The notes: generated from the letters alone by a model not told the origin. 64,000 nt of DNA from Candidatus Omnitrophota bacterium (GCA_023247445.1 JAHFGL010000003.1:14128-78127), one strand, 5' to 3'; positions 47,901 to 57,005 are shown, counted from the stretch's first letter. A program made the numbers and translations.

Positions 47901-49578
47901 TATTAAAGATGATCTTGATGCAAAGTTAGGGCCTGGATTTGTTGAGGAGTTAACGGGGTTAGTTGATCGATTACCCGAAAATGAAACTCAGGCCAGAGAA
48001 AGGTTAGGCGAAGATGACGCAATGAAATTGTTGGAGGACACCAACCGATTAGCCAATCTTGCTTTTGTGACAATCGATCAAATTTTAACATCATCTCATG
48101 AAAAGATTACATCATTAGGTCTTGATAATATTCTTCAGTCTGATTTAGAAAGTCCAAGGTATCCGATAAAAGAAGGATTTCGCAGCTACGACATAATTCG
48201 TGATTTTACTGAAAAATTGGGCAAGGTTAAAGGGGCTATGGATGGAATGAGTTCTCGGAATCTTAGTCGAGATACAGTTTATGGAGAATTTAATAGTTGT
48301 AAGCTTTTCTCGTCAATGGCTTTAAAAAGAATTGTAGCATTTGTCAACTTATTGGATCATGTTGTTGATCTACAAAGCGAGTCCTTTGAGAAATTTAAAG
48401 AGGAGATAAAATCAAGTACCGTATCTTTTAGAGAATCAAAAAGTTTACCCGAGTATATTTATCGATATTTTTTAATCCCGTATCAAGAAGCTTTGGCAGA
48501 GCGAGAAGCCATTGCTGAACCTATTCCCGATGAGGCGCTGTTGGCTCACCCGGAAGATTTGGTTGGGGGAGAAATAAATTTAAGATATTTGCGACGGATT
48601 CAAAAAATTGTTAATTCCAGCAAGGCTGATACAAAAAAGATCGCCATGTATGTGGGGGCTGGGGCGGATATCAGTGCTGCGCTTCTAGCGATTGATGCGA
48701 CGGACTATATTTTTATCGATCAAATTCCATTTGATACGGATAAACGAAAGGTCAGCGCCAAGACATTGGCTCGCGACATGGAAATTTATTTCCATGACAA
48801 GATGGGCAAAGGATATGGCAATTATTTGGCGATGAAGTCGGTTGGTCGGATTCGGCCATTTTTTATAAAAGAATTAGAATTGTTAGGAATTGATCCTAAG
48901 GATGTTTCAATTAAAAAAGATAAAAATAATCCAAATGTTTTTAGAATTAGTTTTGAGTATAAAGGCCAGAGGAGAACGGTTACCTATGTTGGTAATGCGG
49001 ATGCGACAAGGCCAGCCAAATTCGCCTCGCTTATTAAACGTTTGGGCCGAGCTGATTTTCTAATGATTAGAGCCGGCAATTACAGTGAGCGCAATCCAAA
49101 ACCATTATTAACGCGGACTTTTGTTATGAAACATTTAAAACCATCAGGACATCTTATTGTAGATTCCCTCGATGGGTTGACGGCCAAGGATGGACTACGT
49201 GATTTAGTTGAGCAGAAGCATTTGCGTGATGCCGTTTTAACTAGACTGGAACGCGATGGGGCGGGGTTAGGGTATGGTGATCGTTACGCCCCGCAATCAT
49301 ATATTTATATAAACAATCTCGATGAGGCGCTAGTGACGGATAAAGCAGTGACTAGTGAAGTTCCTGGTGGGATTGATTTTAATCCTGCGAATATGAATTT
49401 CAATTCAAACGGCGATAAGATTCAAATCAACTTACCGATGGCAGATCCCGCGATGCTGGGAGTAGAATCACCCGTCCGTGGTTATCAACCGGTCATTATT
49501 GAAATCACTCCGATAACAAATTTTCCGCTATTGCTCGGACTTAAAGATGAGCACGTGACGCAGATTTCTTATAACTAA
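44998..49578 (+). CDS. 1526-aa modular secreted protein: signal peptide, N-terminal domain, LMW-PTP-like, two unknown and one methyltransferase-like cargo modules, GGIDFNP tail
   Basis: Hydrophobic leader ending SWAQ; CNMNVHRS plus DPY; YVGAGAD..IFIDQ; repeated DxA[ML][VL]T linkers; C-terminus similar to 2..766. Confidence 0.8.
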   Translation: MYIYKKNQNSCGSRRLISTVLLIAFGLTSFLPPNLSWAQVVPLTGLNLPIPGTVINLSPAFIPAHVTGIAIHPDDPFKFDFIIDTGDDHLEGEAFKQESMKLIKYFMASLTVPENQMWVNLSPYEKNRIIADGLGQTEMGRDMLGQDYILKQLTASLMSPENEWGQKFWDRVHKEVKEKYGNIDIPTDTFNKIWILPDKASVYVHDNRAFVVENHLKVMLEEDYVALSNSHPEGANATEGSPKRSFASTFLNGFEKKLVRTDFLQIELRKSQYAALRMTEPIKEILKEILLPEIEKEVNNGKNFAQLRQIFYSMILATWYKQNLKKSLFTKNYANQNKIEGIDLQDKKISEKIYNQYLEAFQKGVSNLIKEEYDPQTQEVIPRKYFSGGVQGVEDAAILTSLPSSWMEAQINRDHAMVTAGIDPLGPQASDEAMVTYAEGTDQQYLKRLDKMFRAIAGSADVDGSAYKDFQRGVSQLITDGVITGLVARRQVWDFMKSVAQGVASGDRTELQQLRFLLNSPEEITLSHFMRIRIRKEKTSKRMIRVVQRVPGMLAHSQALLQDIVGKIKRNEPVKICFVCNMNVHRSAVAHVLVMDQAQKLGRTNVEIVSGGTFDSNEHLNSKLRSGFKKILEARGVDSDIINRFRTRDVTKEDLEDSQLIVIAEPMNLERLSEFENEVPGLYEKMIFFTSINPVVDAQHPDHVMPDPYDSSKISAEGLVDLIEQEIIPRLFPTDPALQPLAGEASASRKRDDRAMLTKTEQTPQALVEDLKRAAAEDPGNIVDVLYDRGFRKPDEPFNVYLMIKNHKGPILDIRTGEELQNWPAEQLVGRQWRRADVYIRKDDPRGLGVLVIDSDNILTARESHQFRERNWRDLAQKRGLIVYTGVNAINRELITAHRILKEDGTIVEKEYGDSPPFDLKVTKESILIRIGDGVFFIELDESMLTYSEDQWDKVNQTYESLRKLAQSIKDDLDAKLGPGFVEELTGLVDRLPENETQARERLGEDDAMKLLEDTNRLANLAFVTIDQILTSSHEKITSLGLDNILQSDLESPRYPIKEGFRSYDIIRDFTEKLGKVKGAMDGMSSRNLSRDTVYGEFNSCKLFSSMALKRIVAFVNLLDHVVDLQSESFEKFKEEIKSSTVSFRESKSLPEYIYRYFLIPYQEALAEREAIAEPIPDEALLAHPEDLVGGEINLRYLRRIQKIVNSSKADTKKIAMYVGAGADISAALLAIDATDYIFIDQIPFDTDKRKVSAKTLARDMEIYFHDKMGKGYGNYLAMKSVGRIRPFFIKELELLGIDPKDVSIKKDKNNPNVFRISFEYKGQRRTVTYVGNADATRPAKFASLIKRLGRADFLMIRAGNYSERNPKPLLTRTFVMKHLKPSGHLIVDSLDGLTAKDGLRDLVEQKHLRDAVLTRLERDGAGLGYGDRYAPQSYIYINNLDEALVTDKAVTSEVPGGIDFNPANMNFNSNGDKIQINLPMADPAMLGVESPVRGYQPVIIEITPITNFPLLLGLKDEHVTQISYN
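45686..45833. repeat. REP-like palindrome copy 6 with nested 78-bp insert (45738-45815), in-frame within CDS
   Basis: gtcatcctga...tcaggatgac; encodes SHPEGANATEGSPKRSFASTFLNGFEKKLVRTDFLQIELRKSQYAALRMT. Confidence 0.9.
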
Positions 49579-49601
49579 CGTGAGTTCGGTATTTATATTT
49601 T

Positions 49602-49680
49602 GTCATCCTGAGGAACGAAGTGACGAAGGATCTCCGATTATTTTAAGTACTTTGAGATTCTTCGCTTCGCTCAGAATGAC
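49602..49680. repeat. REP-like palindrome copy 7 (no insert), between convergent genes
   Basis: gtcatcctgag...gagattcttcgcttcgctcagaatgac. Confidence 0.9.
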
Positions 49681-49694
49681 GTAAACGTTTTAAA

Positions 49695-50213
49695 CTAGAT
49701 CATTAAAAGTGCAGCGTTGGCGCGAAGATAGTTACGCACATCTTCCGTAAAAGGCAAAAAGACCTTATAAAACAATTTGCCTTTTTGTTGCGCAACCTTT
49801 TTAATCTTTGTTTGGAATTGGATTTTGGATTCTTTAGGCGAGTGGCCTTCGTTTTGAAAGCTGATGGTAACCTCTGCGATTGTTCCTTCAGCAATAAAGG
49901 AAGGAATGTCGCAGGAAAGGCCGATGAGATTAATATCATGAGTGCGGCTGATAATAAAATGATCGTTGACCTTTAAATGGATCGGCCATTCATAGTGAAA
50001 ACGGCGATAATGACGTTTCTCAGAGAAAACATTTTGATTGTTTTGCACTCCTAAACGATAGCGTGTCCAATCTTGACCATATTTTTTGATCCAGTCTGTT
50101 GCCGCTGTGGCAAAACCAACTTCGCGACCTAATTTTTCACTTTCAAGCCATTTATGTTTACGAATTTCAGCTAACGCTAATTCATCCTGAAGAAATGAGT
50201 AAGTGGTATTCAT
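49695..50213 (-). CDS. PilZ-domain protein with small N-terminal helical domain
   Basis: EKRHYRR and DINLIG PilZ-like motifs; N-terminal HKWLESEK.GRE.G....DW. Confidence 0.7.
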   Translation of the reverse strand: MNTTYSFLQDELALAEIRKHKWLESEKLGREVGFATAATDWIKKYGQDWTRYRLGVQNNQNVFSEKRHYRRFHYEWPIHLKVNDHFIISRTHDINLIGLSCDIPSFIAEGTIAEVTISFQNEGHSPKESKIQFQTKIKKVAQQKGKLFYKVFLPFTEDVRNYLRANAALLMI

Positions 50214-50384
50214 CGAGGCACCCCATTTTTAAAAAATATTTTAATAGAAGATTTGCATTATAGCAAAGCGAAACATCAAATCAAGATTTTAATAAATTAT
50301 TTTGTCGACGAGGAATGGCATTATTGGTAAGCATAGAATAAAATAGCGACGCGATAAATATTTCATGACTTGCCCATAAACAAT

Positions 50385-50413
50385 TTGCTTTAAAGAGTAT
50401 TCTTTTATATGAT
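50385..50413 (+). promoter_or_regulatory. sigma70-type promoter for rmuC
   Basis: TTGCTT-17bp-TATGAT. Confidence 0.5.
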
Positions 50414-50445
50414 ATGGCCAACAAATTTAATTGGAGAAAATAGCG

Positions 50446-51585
50446 ATGAACAATGTTGGTCTTATCCTTTTGATTGTAGTCCTGGCCATTGGCTTTTTAG
50501 CGGCATTTTTGGTTGTGGTTATCAATTTGCTGAAGAAACAAATTAGAGAAGAGATAAAATTTAATCAAGATCAGTTTCTGCAATTAGCCCAGCAACAATT
50601 CGAGACCCAGCAAAGCAAATCAACCGCAGAATTAGATCAGCGAAAGCAATCAGTTGAGTCTTCTGTTAGCGGATTAAAGGAAGAATTGGAGCGATATCAG
50701 CGATTGATGCGCGAATTTGAACAGGATCGAGCGAAAAAATATGGAAGCTTAGAAAATGAACTAAAGAATGCATCGACCGCCACTGTCAAATTGCAGGAAA
50801 CGACGAATCATTTAAATAATATTTTGGGCAATGTTAAATTACGTGGTCAGTGGGGCGAGCGCATGGCCGAAGATATTATCCAGTATGCAGGACTTCTGGA
50901 AGGCGTTAATTACCGTAAGCAAACCAAACTCGATTTAACCAACACCATTCCCGACTATACTTTTCTTCTGCCCGATAATCATAAGGTCAACATGGACGTC
51001 AAATTTCCTTATGACAATTACATCAAGATGATGAACGCGCCGGAATCTTTAGAGAAAGAGCATTATCAAAAAGAATTTTCTGGCAACGTCACAAGCCGTA
51101 TTCGGGAACTGCGCAATCGTGGTTATATCAATCCGCAGGAAAATACGCTCGACTTTGTTTTATTATTTATCCCTAGTGAACAGGTGTATGCCTTTATTCA
51201 AGAACAGATGCCGGGGATTATGGATGAAGCGTTAAAGCAAAAGGTCGTGTTGTGTTCGCCGTTTACGCTCTATGCGATGCTGACAGTTATCCGTCAGGCC
51301 TATGAAAATTTCCGTTATGAAAAAGATATGAAGAAGATCATCGATCTTATCGACCAATTTGCTAAGCTTTATGAAAATTTTAAGGTGCGGTTTGAGGATA
51401 TTGGAAAATCGCTCGAGAAGATGGAAGCCACATACAATAATATTAAATTAAATAATTTTAAACAACTTGATACAAAGATAAGACAGATTGATGAACACAA
51501 AAAAGGAAATACAATCCCCCTTAATTCATCCGGCGCCATCATCGACGTATCCAAAGAGTCCTTGGACGATCAAGCCGTTGTTTAA
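50446..51585 (+). CDS. rmuC: DNA recombination protein RmuC
   Basis: TM, coiled coil, RGQWGE, PD...LP, D.KFP, FIPSE. Confidence 0.92.
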   Translation: MNNVGLILLIVVLAIGFLAAFLVVVINLLKKQIREEIKFNQDQFLQLAQQQFETQQSKSTAELDQRKQSVESSVSGLKEELERYQRLMREFEQDRAKKYGSLENELKNASTATVKLQETTNHLNNILGNVKLRGQWGERMAEDIIQYAGLLEGVNYRKQTKLDLTNTIPDYTFLLPDNHKVNMDVKFPYDNYIKMMNAPESLEKEHYQKEFSGNVTSRIRELRNRGYINPQENTLDFVLLFIPSEQVYAFIQEQMPGIMDEALKQKVVLCSPFTLYAMLTVIRQAYENFRYEKDMKKIIDLIDQFAKLYENFKVRFEDIGKSLEKMEATYNNIKLNNFKQLDTKIRQIDEHKKGNTIPLNSSGAIIDVSKESLDDQAVV

Positions 51586-52279
51586 TCATTTCTTCCCGTC
51601 ATCGGTAGTAACCTACGTTAGCGATCAGACGAAAGATTTTAAGCTAAGAGAGAAACAGCTTAGCTTAGAGGATGATCAAAGGAAGTTTCTATCTTCTCAA
51701 TTAGGTTTTGATGTTGGGCATGCGGTTAATATTCAGCAGGTGCATGGTAAAAGGGTTGTGAAAGTTGACGCTCTTTATAATCAATCTCGGTCGATTTTAG
51801 AAGAGGCGGATGGGATTATAACCAATACGATCAATGTCCCGATTGTGATTCGCACTGCCGATTGTTTGCCAATTTTTATTTGTGATGTGAAACAAAAATG
51901 CATTGGCTTGGTTCATGCGGGATGGAAAGGGACCCAGCAAAATATTGTTGGACAGACGCTTATGCTGATGTATAAATACTGGCACTGTGAATTGTCTGAT
52001 ATCAAGGTTGCCATTGGCCCAGCGATTCGATCTTGTTGTTATCAGGTTGGGAAAGAAGTGTCGGATTATTTCCCGTGGGCGATTGTCAAAAAGGACAGCT
52101 CGTTGTATTTAGATTTGCCACAAGTTAATAAGAATCAAATGATTAATTTGGGGCTCCCGCAAGAGAATATTTTTGATTGTGGGATTTGTACTTGTTGTGA
52201 TCATAATTATTTTTCATTTCGTCGGCAAAAAGAGTCCGCTGGTCGAATGATTTCTCTAATGATGTTGCAAGGAGATTAA
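51488..52279 (+). CDS. pgeF: peptidoglycan editing factor PgeF/YfiH
   Basis: QVHG, TADCLP, HAGWKG, IGP.I..CCY, FSFRR; true start probably downstream. Confidence 0.9.
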   Translation: MMNTKKEIQSPLIHPAPSSTYPKSPWTIKPLFNHFFPSSVVTYVSDQTKDFKLREKQLSLEDDQRKFLSSQLGFDVGHAVNIQQVHGKRVVKVDALYNQSRSILEEADGIITNTINVPIVIRTADCLPIFICDVKQKCIGLVHAGWKGTQQNIVGQTLMLMYKYWHCELSDIKVAIGPAIRSCCYQVGKEVSDYFPWAIVKKDSSLYLDLPQVNKNQMINLGLPQENIFDCGICTCCDHNYFSFRRQKESAGRMISLMMLQGD

Positions 52280-52280
52280 T

Positions 52281-52592
52281 ATGCACGTTGTCATTTTGGT
52301 TACAGCCAAAGATAAAAAAGAAGCTCATAAAATTGCGAACAAGTTAGTGGCAGGGAAGTTGATCGCCTGTGCAAATATTATTAACGGCATTGAATCAGTT
52401 TTTTGGTGGGATGGAAAAATAGATAATGCCAAAGAAGTGCTATTGGTTTTGAAATCTCGAAAGAGTTTGGTTTCAAAGATTATTAAAACGGTTAAATTAG
52501 TTCATAGTTATTCTGTGCCAGAGATTATTGCCTTGCCGATTATTGCCGGGAACAAGGATTATTTAAAATGGATTGATGGATCAACTGGCTAA
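52281..52592 (+). CDS. cutA: divalent-cation tolerance protein CutA
   Basis: LIACANI, HSYSVPEI. Confidence 0.93.
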   Translation: MHVVILVTAKDKKEAHKIANKLVAGKLIACANIINGIESVFWWDGKIDNAKEVLLVLKSRKSLVSKIIKTVKLVHSYSVPEIIALPIIAGNKDYLKWIDGSTG

Positions 52593-52636
52593 GTATATAG
52601 TAAAAGAAATTTTTTAATCAGCGGAGGTTCTAGATA

Positions 52637-53140
52637 ATGAAATATTTGGGAAGAATAGTTTTTTTGGTAGCGGTTATCATGGTGGCATCTTATGTACCTA
52701 ATTCATCGGCACAATTCTTTATGACGGGAAATCCATTGGTCGGTGAAAAATCTCCAGATTTTACGTTGGACACAACCAGTGGCGAAAAAGTCAACATGAC
52801 GAAGTTTCGTGATAAGCACAGTGCGATAATTTTTTTCTGGGCCACGTGGTGTCCGCATTGCCGTGAACAGCTGAAGGTATTAAACAATGAAAGTGCGAAT
52901 ATGTTAAAGAAGAATATTAAGATTATTTTGGTGGATATCGGTGAGGGGGCCAAACAAGTTCAAGCGCATCTTAAGCGAGAAAAAATTAGCCTCAACGTTT
53001 TTCTGGACCAGGATCAGGCCATCGCTGAGACCTATGCCATCATTGGCGTTCCAACCTTTTTCTTCATTAACAAAAGCGGCGTGATTACTGCCGTTGAGCA
53101 CACTATTCCAGATAATTACGAAGAGATCTTGTCCAAGTAA
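52637..53140 (+). CDS. TlpA/ResA-like exported thiol-disulfide oxidoreductase
   Basis: Signal peptide, FWATWCPHC, GVPT. Confidence 0.88.
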   Translation: MKYLGRIVFLVAVIMVASYVPNSSAQFFMTGNPLVGEKSPDFTLDTTSGEKVNMTKFRDKHSAIIFFWATWCPHCREQLKVLNNESANMLKKNIKIILVDIGEGAKQVQAHLKREKISLNVFLDQDQAIAETYAIIGVPTFFFINKSGVITAVEHTIPDNYEEILSK

Positions 53141-53171
53141 TAAAACACTAAATCCAAAACTCTAAATAAAT

Positions 53172-53210
53172 TTAAAAGCCAAATGCACAAGTTAAGCATT
53201 TGGCTTTTAA
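53172..53210. terminator. bidirectional terminator
   Basis: Perfect 15-bp IR ttaaaagccaaatgc / gcatttggcttttaa between convergent genes. Confidence 0.7.
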
Positions 53211-53226
53211 GGTTTTATAAGGCCGT

Positions 53227-54699
53227 TTAATTCTTGTTTTTAGGAAGATTATCAACGAGATTAGCTTTAAGTCTTAGGCCCGATAAGAAGTTGCTAAAAA
53301 TTTCATTTCTTTTTTCCATAAAAAGATTTTGAGCAAACTTTTCTTTTTCTTTGGCAAAAACTTCTTTATCTACAGGGATATAAGAATTTAAATGAAGGAT
53401 ACAATAACCATTTTCGGTTTCAACCACATCACTGATTGTGTTATTCTCCGTGAGTGAAAAGGCTGCTTCTTGAAATTCCTTGGCGATACCAACCTTAGGT
53501 AAATAATCCCCGCGATTAAAGCCCGGTGTTTGATAAATTTCTAATCCCAATTGTTTAGCTGCGGCTTGAAAATCTTCGATTTTCGATTTATTTAATTCTT
53601 CTTTTAGACTTTTTAAATATTCTTGAGCCTTGAGCTTCGCAATATCTTTGGCCTTTATTTTTAAAAAGGCTTCTTTAACTTTATCTTTGACTTGAGCATA
53701 ATCTGGGATTTGGCTATCTTTCTTTTCTTTGACCTTGACGATGAAAATACCTTTAGATGTTTCAAAAGGTTCATTGATTCTATTTGTTTCTAGCTGGGAT
53801 ACATATGTCTGTAGTTCAAAAGGCCATCCTAGCGAAAGATTGGGCTGGTCAACGCTAAAAAATCCACTGGTTTGTAAGTTTAAATTATCCTTTTTAGCAA
53901 TTTCTTGTATGTCAGGATTAATAAGGAGTGCTTGATAGACCGATGTCGCTTTTTGCTTCAGCTCAGCCTTCTCAGTTTCTTCAATATTGTCCTTATAATC
54001 AAAACGGATAAAATCGACATTAATGCTAGGGGGAATGCGGAATTCATCTTTATGCTCGGCATAATATTGTTGAGCTTGAGATTCATCGTAGTTAACGTCA
54101 TTTTTGAATGAATCCGTTGAAATTAAACAATAGCTAACTTGTACTTTTTCATTTTGTTTCTTATAAGCGGCAAATACTTCATCTTCGGTTAGTGTCGTCG
54201 CTGAAGCCTCTTGGTCTAGCAATTTACCAAACATCAAGGTATCGCGGACGCTTTCTTCAAAATCTCTGGCTTCCGTTCGAAAACTATAGCGCAGGATATC
54301 GTTGTAAAGCAATGTGTCGAATTGCCCATCTCGTTGAAAGAAAGAGTATTGTTTAATTGTTTCAATAACCTCTTTATCGCTAACTTTAATGTGTCTTCGA
54401 TTGGCTTCCTCTAAAAGAATGAGTCGGTCCCATGTTTCTGCTTCCAAATTTAAGAATGGGCGAGCTTCTCTAAATTTGTCACCATAACGAATCATGGCCT
54501 GAAGTTGGGTGTGTTGATACATGCGTTCAAACTTATCAAGGGAAATTTTGTGGTTAAAGATTTTGCCAGCATAGGTTGGTTGGCCGTTGCCTTGTATCAT
54601 GTAGGCTGTTCCAAAAAATCCAAAAGAGATAATGATAATAATGGCTACAAACCACAAGATTTTCTTAGCAACACCTTTTTTGCGTAACGTTTTTAACAT
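53227..54699 (-). CDS. PpiD/SurA N-terminal domain chaperone
   Basis: ML..LR, TM, FQRDGQFD...Y, parvulin-like S.VVETENGY. Confidence 0.85.
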   Translation of the reverse strand: MLKTLRKKGVAKKILWFVAIIIIISFGFFGTAYMIQGNGQPTYAGKIFNHKISLDKFERMYQHTQLQAMIRYGDKFREARPFLNLEAETWDRLILLEEANRRHIKVSDKEVIETIKQYSFFQRDGQFDTLLYNDILRYSFRTEARDFEESVRDTLMFGKLLDQEASATTLTEDEVFAAYKKQNEKVQVSYCLISTDSFKNDVNYDESQAQQYYAEHKDEFRIPPSINVDFIRFDYKDNIEETEKAELKQKATSVYQALLINPDIQEIAKKDNLNLQTSGFFSVDQPNLSLGWPFELQTYVSQLETNRINEPFETSKGIFIVKVKEKKDSQIPDYAQVKDKVKEAFLKIKAKDIAKLKAQEYLKSLKEELNKSKIEDFQAAAKQLGLEIYQTPGFNRGDYLPKVGIAKEFQEAAFSLTENNTISDVVETENGYCILHLNSYIPVDKEVFAKEKEKFAQNLFMEKRNEIFSNFLSGLRLKANLVDNLPKNKN

Positions 54700-54841
54700 G
54701 AATATTCCTTAATGAATTGATTTTTGGTTAATTGGATTAAAATAAATATGCCGATTATATATTTGAATTACACCTTTTACAAGCGTTTTTCCAAACCTTA
54801 TTTGATTAGTGGCCTAGGAATTAAGACGGTATGCACCTGAT

Positions 54842-54922
54842 TTGCTAAAAGCCCTTTTAGATAATATACTTATGTTGGCCCTTAACAATTGTCTTTACAA
54901 CAAGATAGGCCAAAGATATAAT
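54842..54922 (+). promoter_or_regulatory. tandem sigma70-type promoters upstream of hisG
   Basis: TTGCTA-17-TATACT (54842-54870) and TTTACA-17-TATAAT (54894-54922). Confidence 0.55.
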
Positions 54923-54980
54923 ACCGCTTCATTAAAATATGATACGCATATATATAAGAGAAGAAGGGTTATTTTAAAAG

Positions 54981-55856
54981 ATGAAAAAGTTGAGATTAGG
55001 TCTTCCAAAAGGAAGTTTACAAGAGGCAACCCTCAAGGTTTTTGAACGCGCAGGATTTAAAATCTACGTTTCCTCACGATCCTATTTCCCCACAATTGAT
55101 GATGTTGAAATTCAACCCGTTCTTTTGCGTGCGCAAGAAATGTCGCGTTATGTCGAGGAAAAGGCGCTAGACTGTGGAATTACAGGGGCTGATTGGACGC
55201 TTGAAAATGGGTCTGATGTTGTTTCGATGGCCGATTTAATTTACGCCAAACAGACGGCTGTTAAAGTGCGTTGGGTTTTGGCCGTGCCGGAAGCTTCTGA
55301 TATAAAAACGGTTAAAGATTTAAGCGGGAAAAGGATTGCGACTGAACTTGTTAACGTGACAAAAAATTATCTAAAGAAAAATAATGTTAAAGCTGATGTT
55401 GAGTTTAGCTGGGGCGCCACCGAGGCGAAAGTTGCTGATGGACTCGTGGATGCGGTCGTTGAGTTGACCGAAACAGGAAGTAGTTTGCGCGCGCACAAAC
55501 TTCGCATTATCGACACCATTGTCGAATCAGTGACACAATTTGTTGCCAATAAAGAGGCCGTTAAAGATCCATGGAAGAAAGATAAGATGGAGCAGATCGT
55601 GATGCTTCTTAAGGGCGCTATTGCAGCCAACAATATGGTTGGCCTTAAAATGAATGTTGAAAAGAAAAAGTTAGATGCTGTTTTAAAGATTTTACCGTCC
55701 TTGCAGAATCCGACGGTGTCACATCTGAGCAAAGACAATTGGCTGGCGGTTGAAACGGTTATTGATGAAAGTACAGTGCGAACATTAATTCCAAAACTTA
55801 AGAATGCCGGGGCTCATGGAATTATCGAGTATTCGTTAAATAAATTAATTTATTAA
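54981..55856 (+). CDS. hisG: ATP phosphoribosyltransferase, long form
   Basis: LPKGSL, GITG.D, SWGATE, ETGSSL, C-terminal regulatory domain. Confidence 0.96.
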   Translation: MKKLRLGLPKGSLQEATLKVFERAGFKIYVSSRSYFPTIDDVEIQPVLLRAQEMSRYVEEKALDCGITGADWTLENGSDVVSMADLIYAKQTAVKVRWVLAVPEASDIKTVKDLSGKRIATELVNVTKNYLKKNNVKADVEFSWGATEAKVADGLVDAVVELTETGSSLRAHKLRIIDTIVESVTQFVANKEAVKDPWKKDKMEQIVMLLKGAIAANNMVGLKMNVEKKKLDAVLKILPSLQNPTVSHLSKDNWLAVETVIDESTVRTLIPKLKNAGAHGIIEYSLNKLIY

Positions 55857-55878
55857 CCAATAACGGGGAGTAGATAGT

Positions 55879-55980
55879 ATGCCTTGCGGAAGAAAACGAA
55901 AGTTACGCAAGATCCGAACGCATAAGCGAAAGAAGCGACGAAAGGCTTTGCGTCATCTTAAAAAACGAGCCACGCAATAA
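55879..55980 (+). CDS. 33-aa basic peptide, AURKAIP1/COX24 (bS22-like) family
   Basis: MPCGRKRKLRKIRTHKRKKRRKALRHLKKRATQ; RBS ggggag; below ORF-track cutoff. Confidence 0.8.
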   Translation: MPCGRKRKLRKIRTHKRKKRRKALRHLKKRATQ

Positions 55981-56003
55981 ACCTTTTTTAAATAGAGGGT
56001 TTT

Positions 56004-57005
56004 ATGAAAACTTTAAAGATCGTTAAAATTTTGAATCTCTTCATTTTTTTGACGGTGACTTTCTGTTTTTTTTCTCCTAATGCGCAGGCTTTTGTAAATC
56101 CGGATAAGATTTCTACAACCAAAAGTCTGGCGCATTATACGATGGGGCAGATCTATGATTTGCTGGGGGCGACAGAGCGAGCGACTTTAGAATACCAAGC
56201 AGCAGCTGCGTTTGATGAAACAAGTTATCTCATTCATTTGCGGCTAGGTATTAACTATGCTCGTTTAAAGATGACGCCTGAAGCAACAAAAGAGATGCAT
56301 CTGGTTCAAAAGTTTAATCCAGAAGATCTGCAATCTCATTATTTATTAGCCTTGATTTATTCGAATGAAAAAGAATATGAAAAGGCGGCCGATGAATATG
56401 AATTCATTCTAAAGAAGTTCTCCAGCGCCGAACCAAAAAATCCTGAAATCTACGGTTATTTAGCTCAGCTGTACTATTCCCAACGTAAATACGATCAAGC
56501 CATCGAACAGTTTCAGAAAATGTTAATCTTAGATCCCCAAAATGCGGATGTGATGTATTTGTTGGGGGCTTTATATGTTGAGGTTAATCAGCAAGATAAA
56601 GCCATTGAATTATTGGCTCAGTCTGTTGCCATTGATCCTGAGCATGATGGGAGTTTAAATACATTGGCGTATCTTTATGCTGAGAAGAATGAAAAGTTAG
56701 ATGAGGCGTTGGATCTTATTAGCCGGGCATTAAAAATTAGTCCTGATAATGGGGCTTATCTTGATAGTTTAGGTTGGGTTTACTACAAAAAAGGGATGTA
56801 TGAAGATGCTTTGAAAGTGCTCAACAAGGCGGATACCGTTTTACAAGACCCGGTCATTAACGATCATTTGGGCGATGTTTATTATAAAATGAACCGCGTT
56901 GATCAAGCGATTAAATATTGGCAAGGGTCGCTGGATCTTTTACCTAATCAAGAAACGATTATTAAAAAAATTAATAGTGTGAAAAATACACAGGCCAGCC
57001 GTTAG
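56004..57005 (+). CDS. exported TPR protein
   Basis: Signal peptide; LNTLAY, YLDSLGWVYY, DHLGD. Confidence 0.85.
   Translation: MKTLKIVKILNLFIFLTVTFCFFSPNAQAFVNPDKISTTKSLAHYTMGQIYDLLGATERATLEYQAAAAFDETSYLIHLRLGINYARLKMTPEATKEMHLVQKFNPEDLQSHYLLALIYSNEKEYEKAADEYEFILKKFSSAEPKNPEIYGYLAQLYYSQRKYDQAIEQFQKMLILDPQNADVMYLLGALYVEVNQQDKAIELLAQSVAIDPEHDGSLNTLAYLYAEKNEKLDEALDLISRALKISPDNGAYLDSLGWVYYKKGMYEDALKVLNKADTVLQDPVINDHLGDVYYKMNRVDQAIKYWQGSLDLLPNQETIIKKINSVKNTQASR

Noticed and set aside
54842-55045. Possible his leader peptide
   Set aside because: No His run or attenuator hairpin; the region holds promoter motifs
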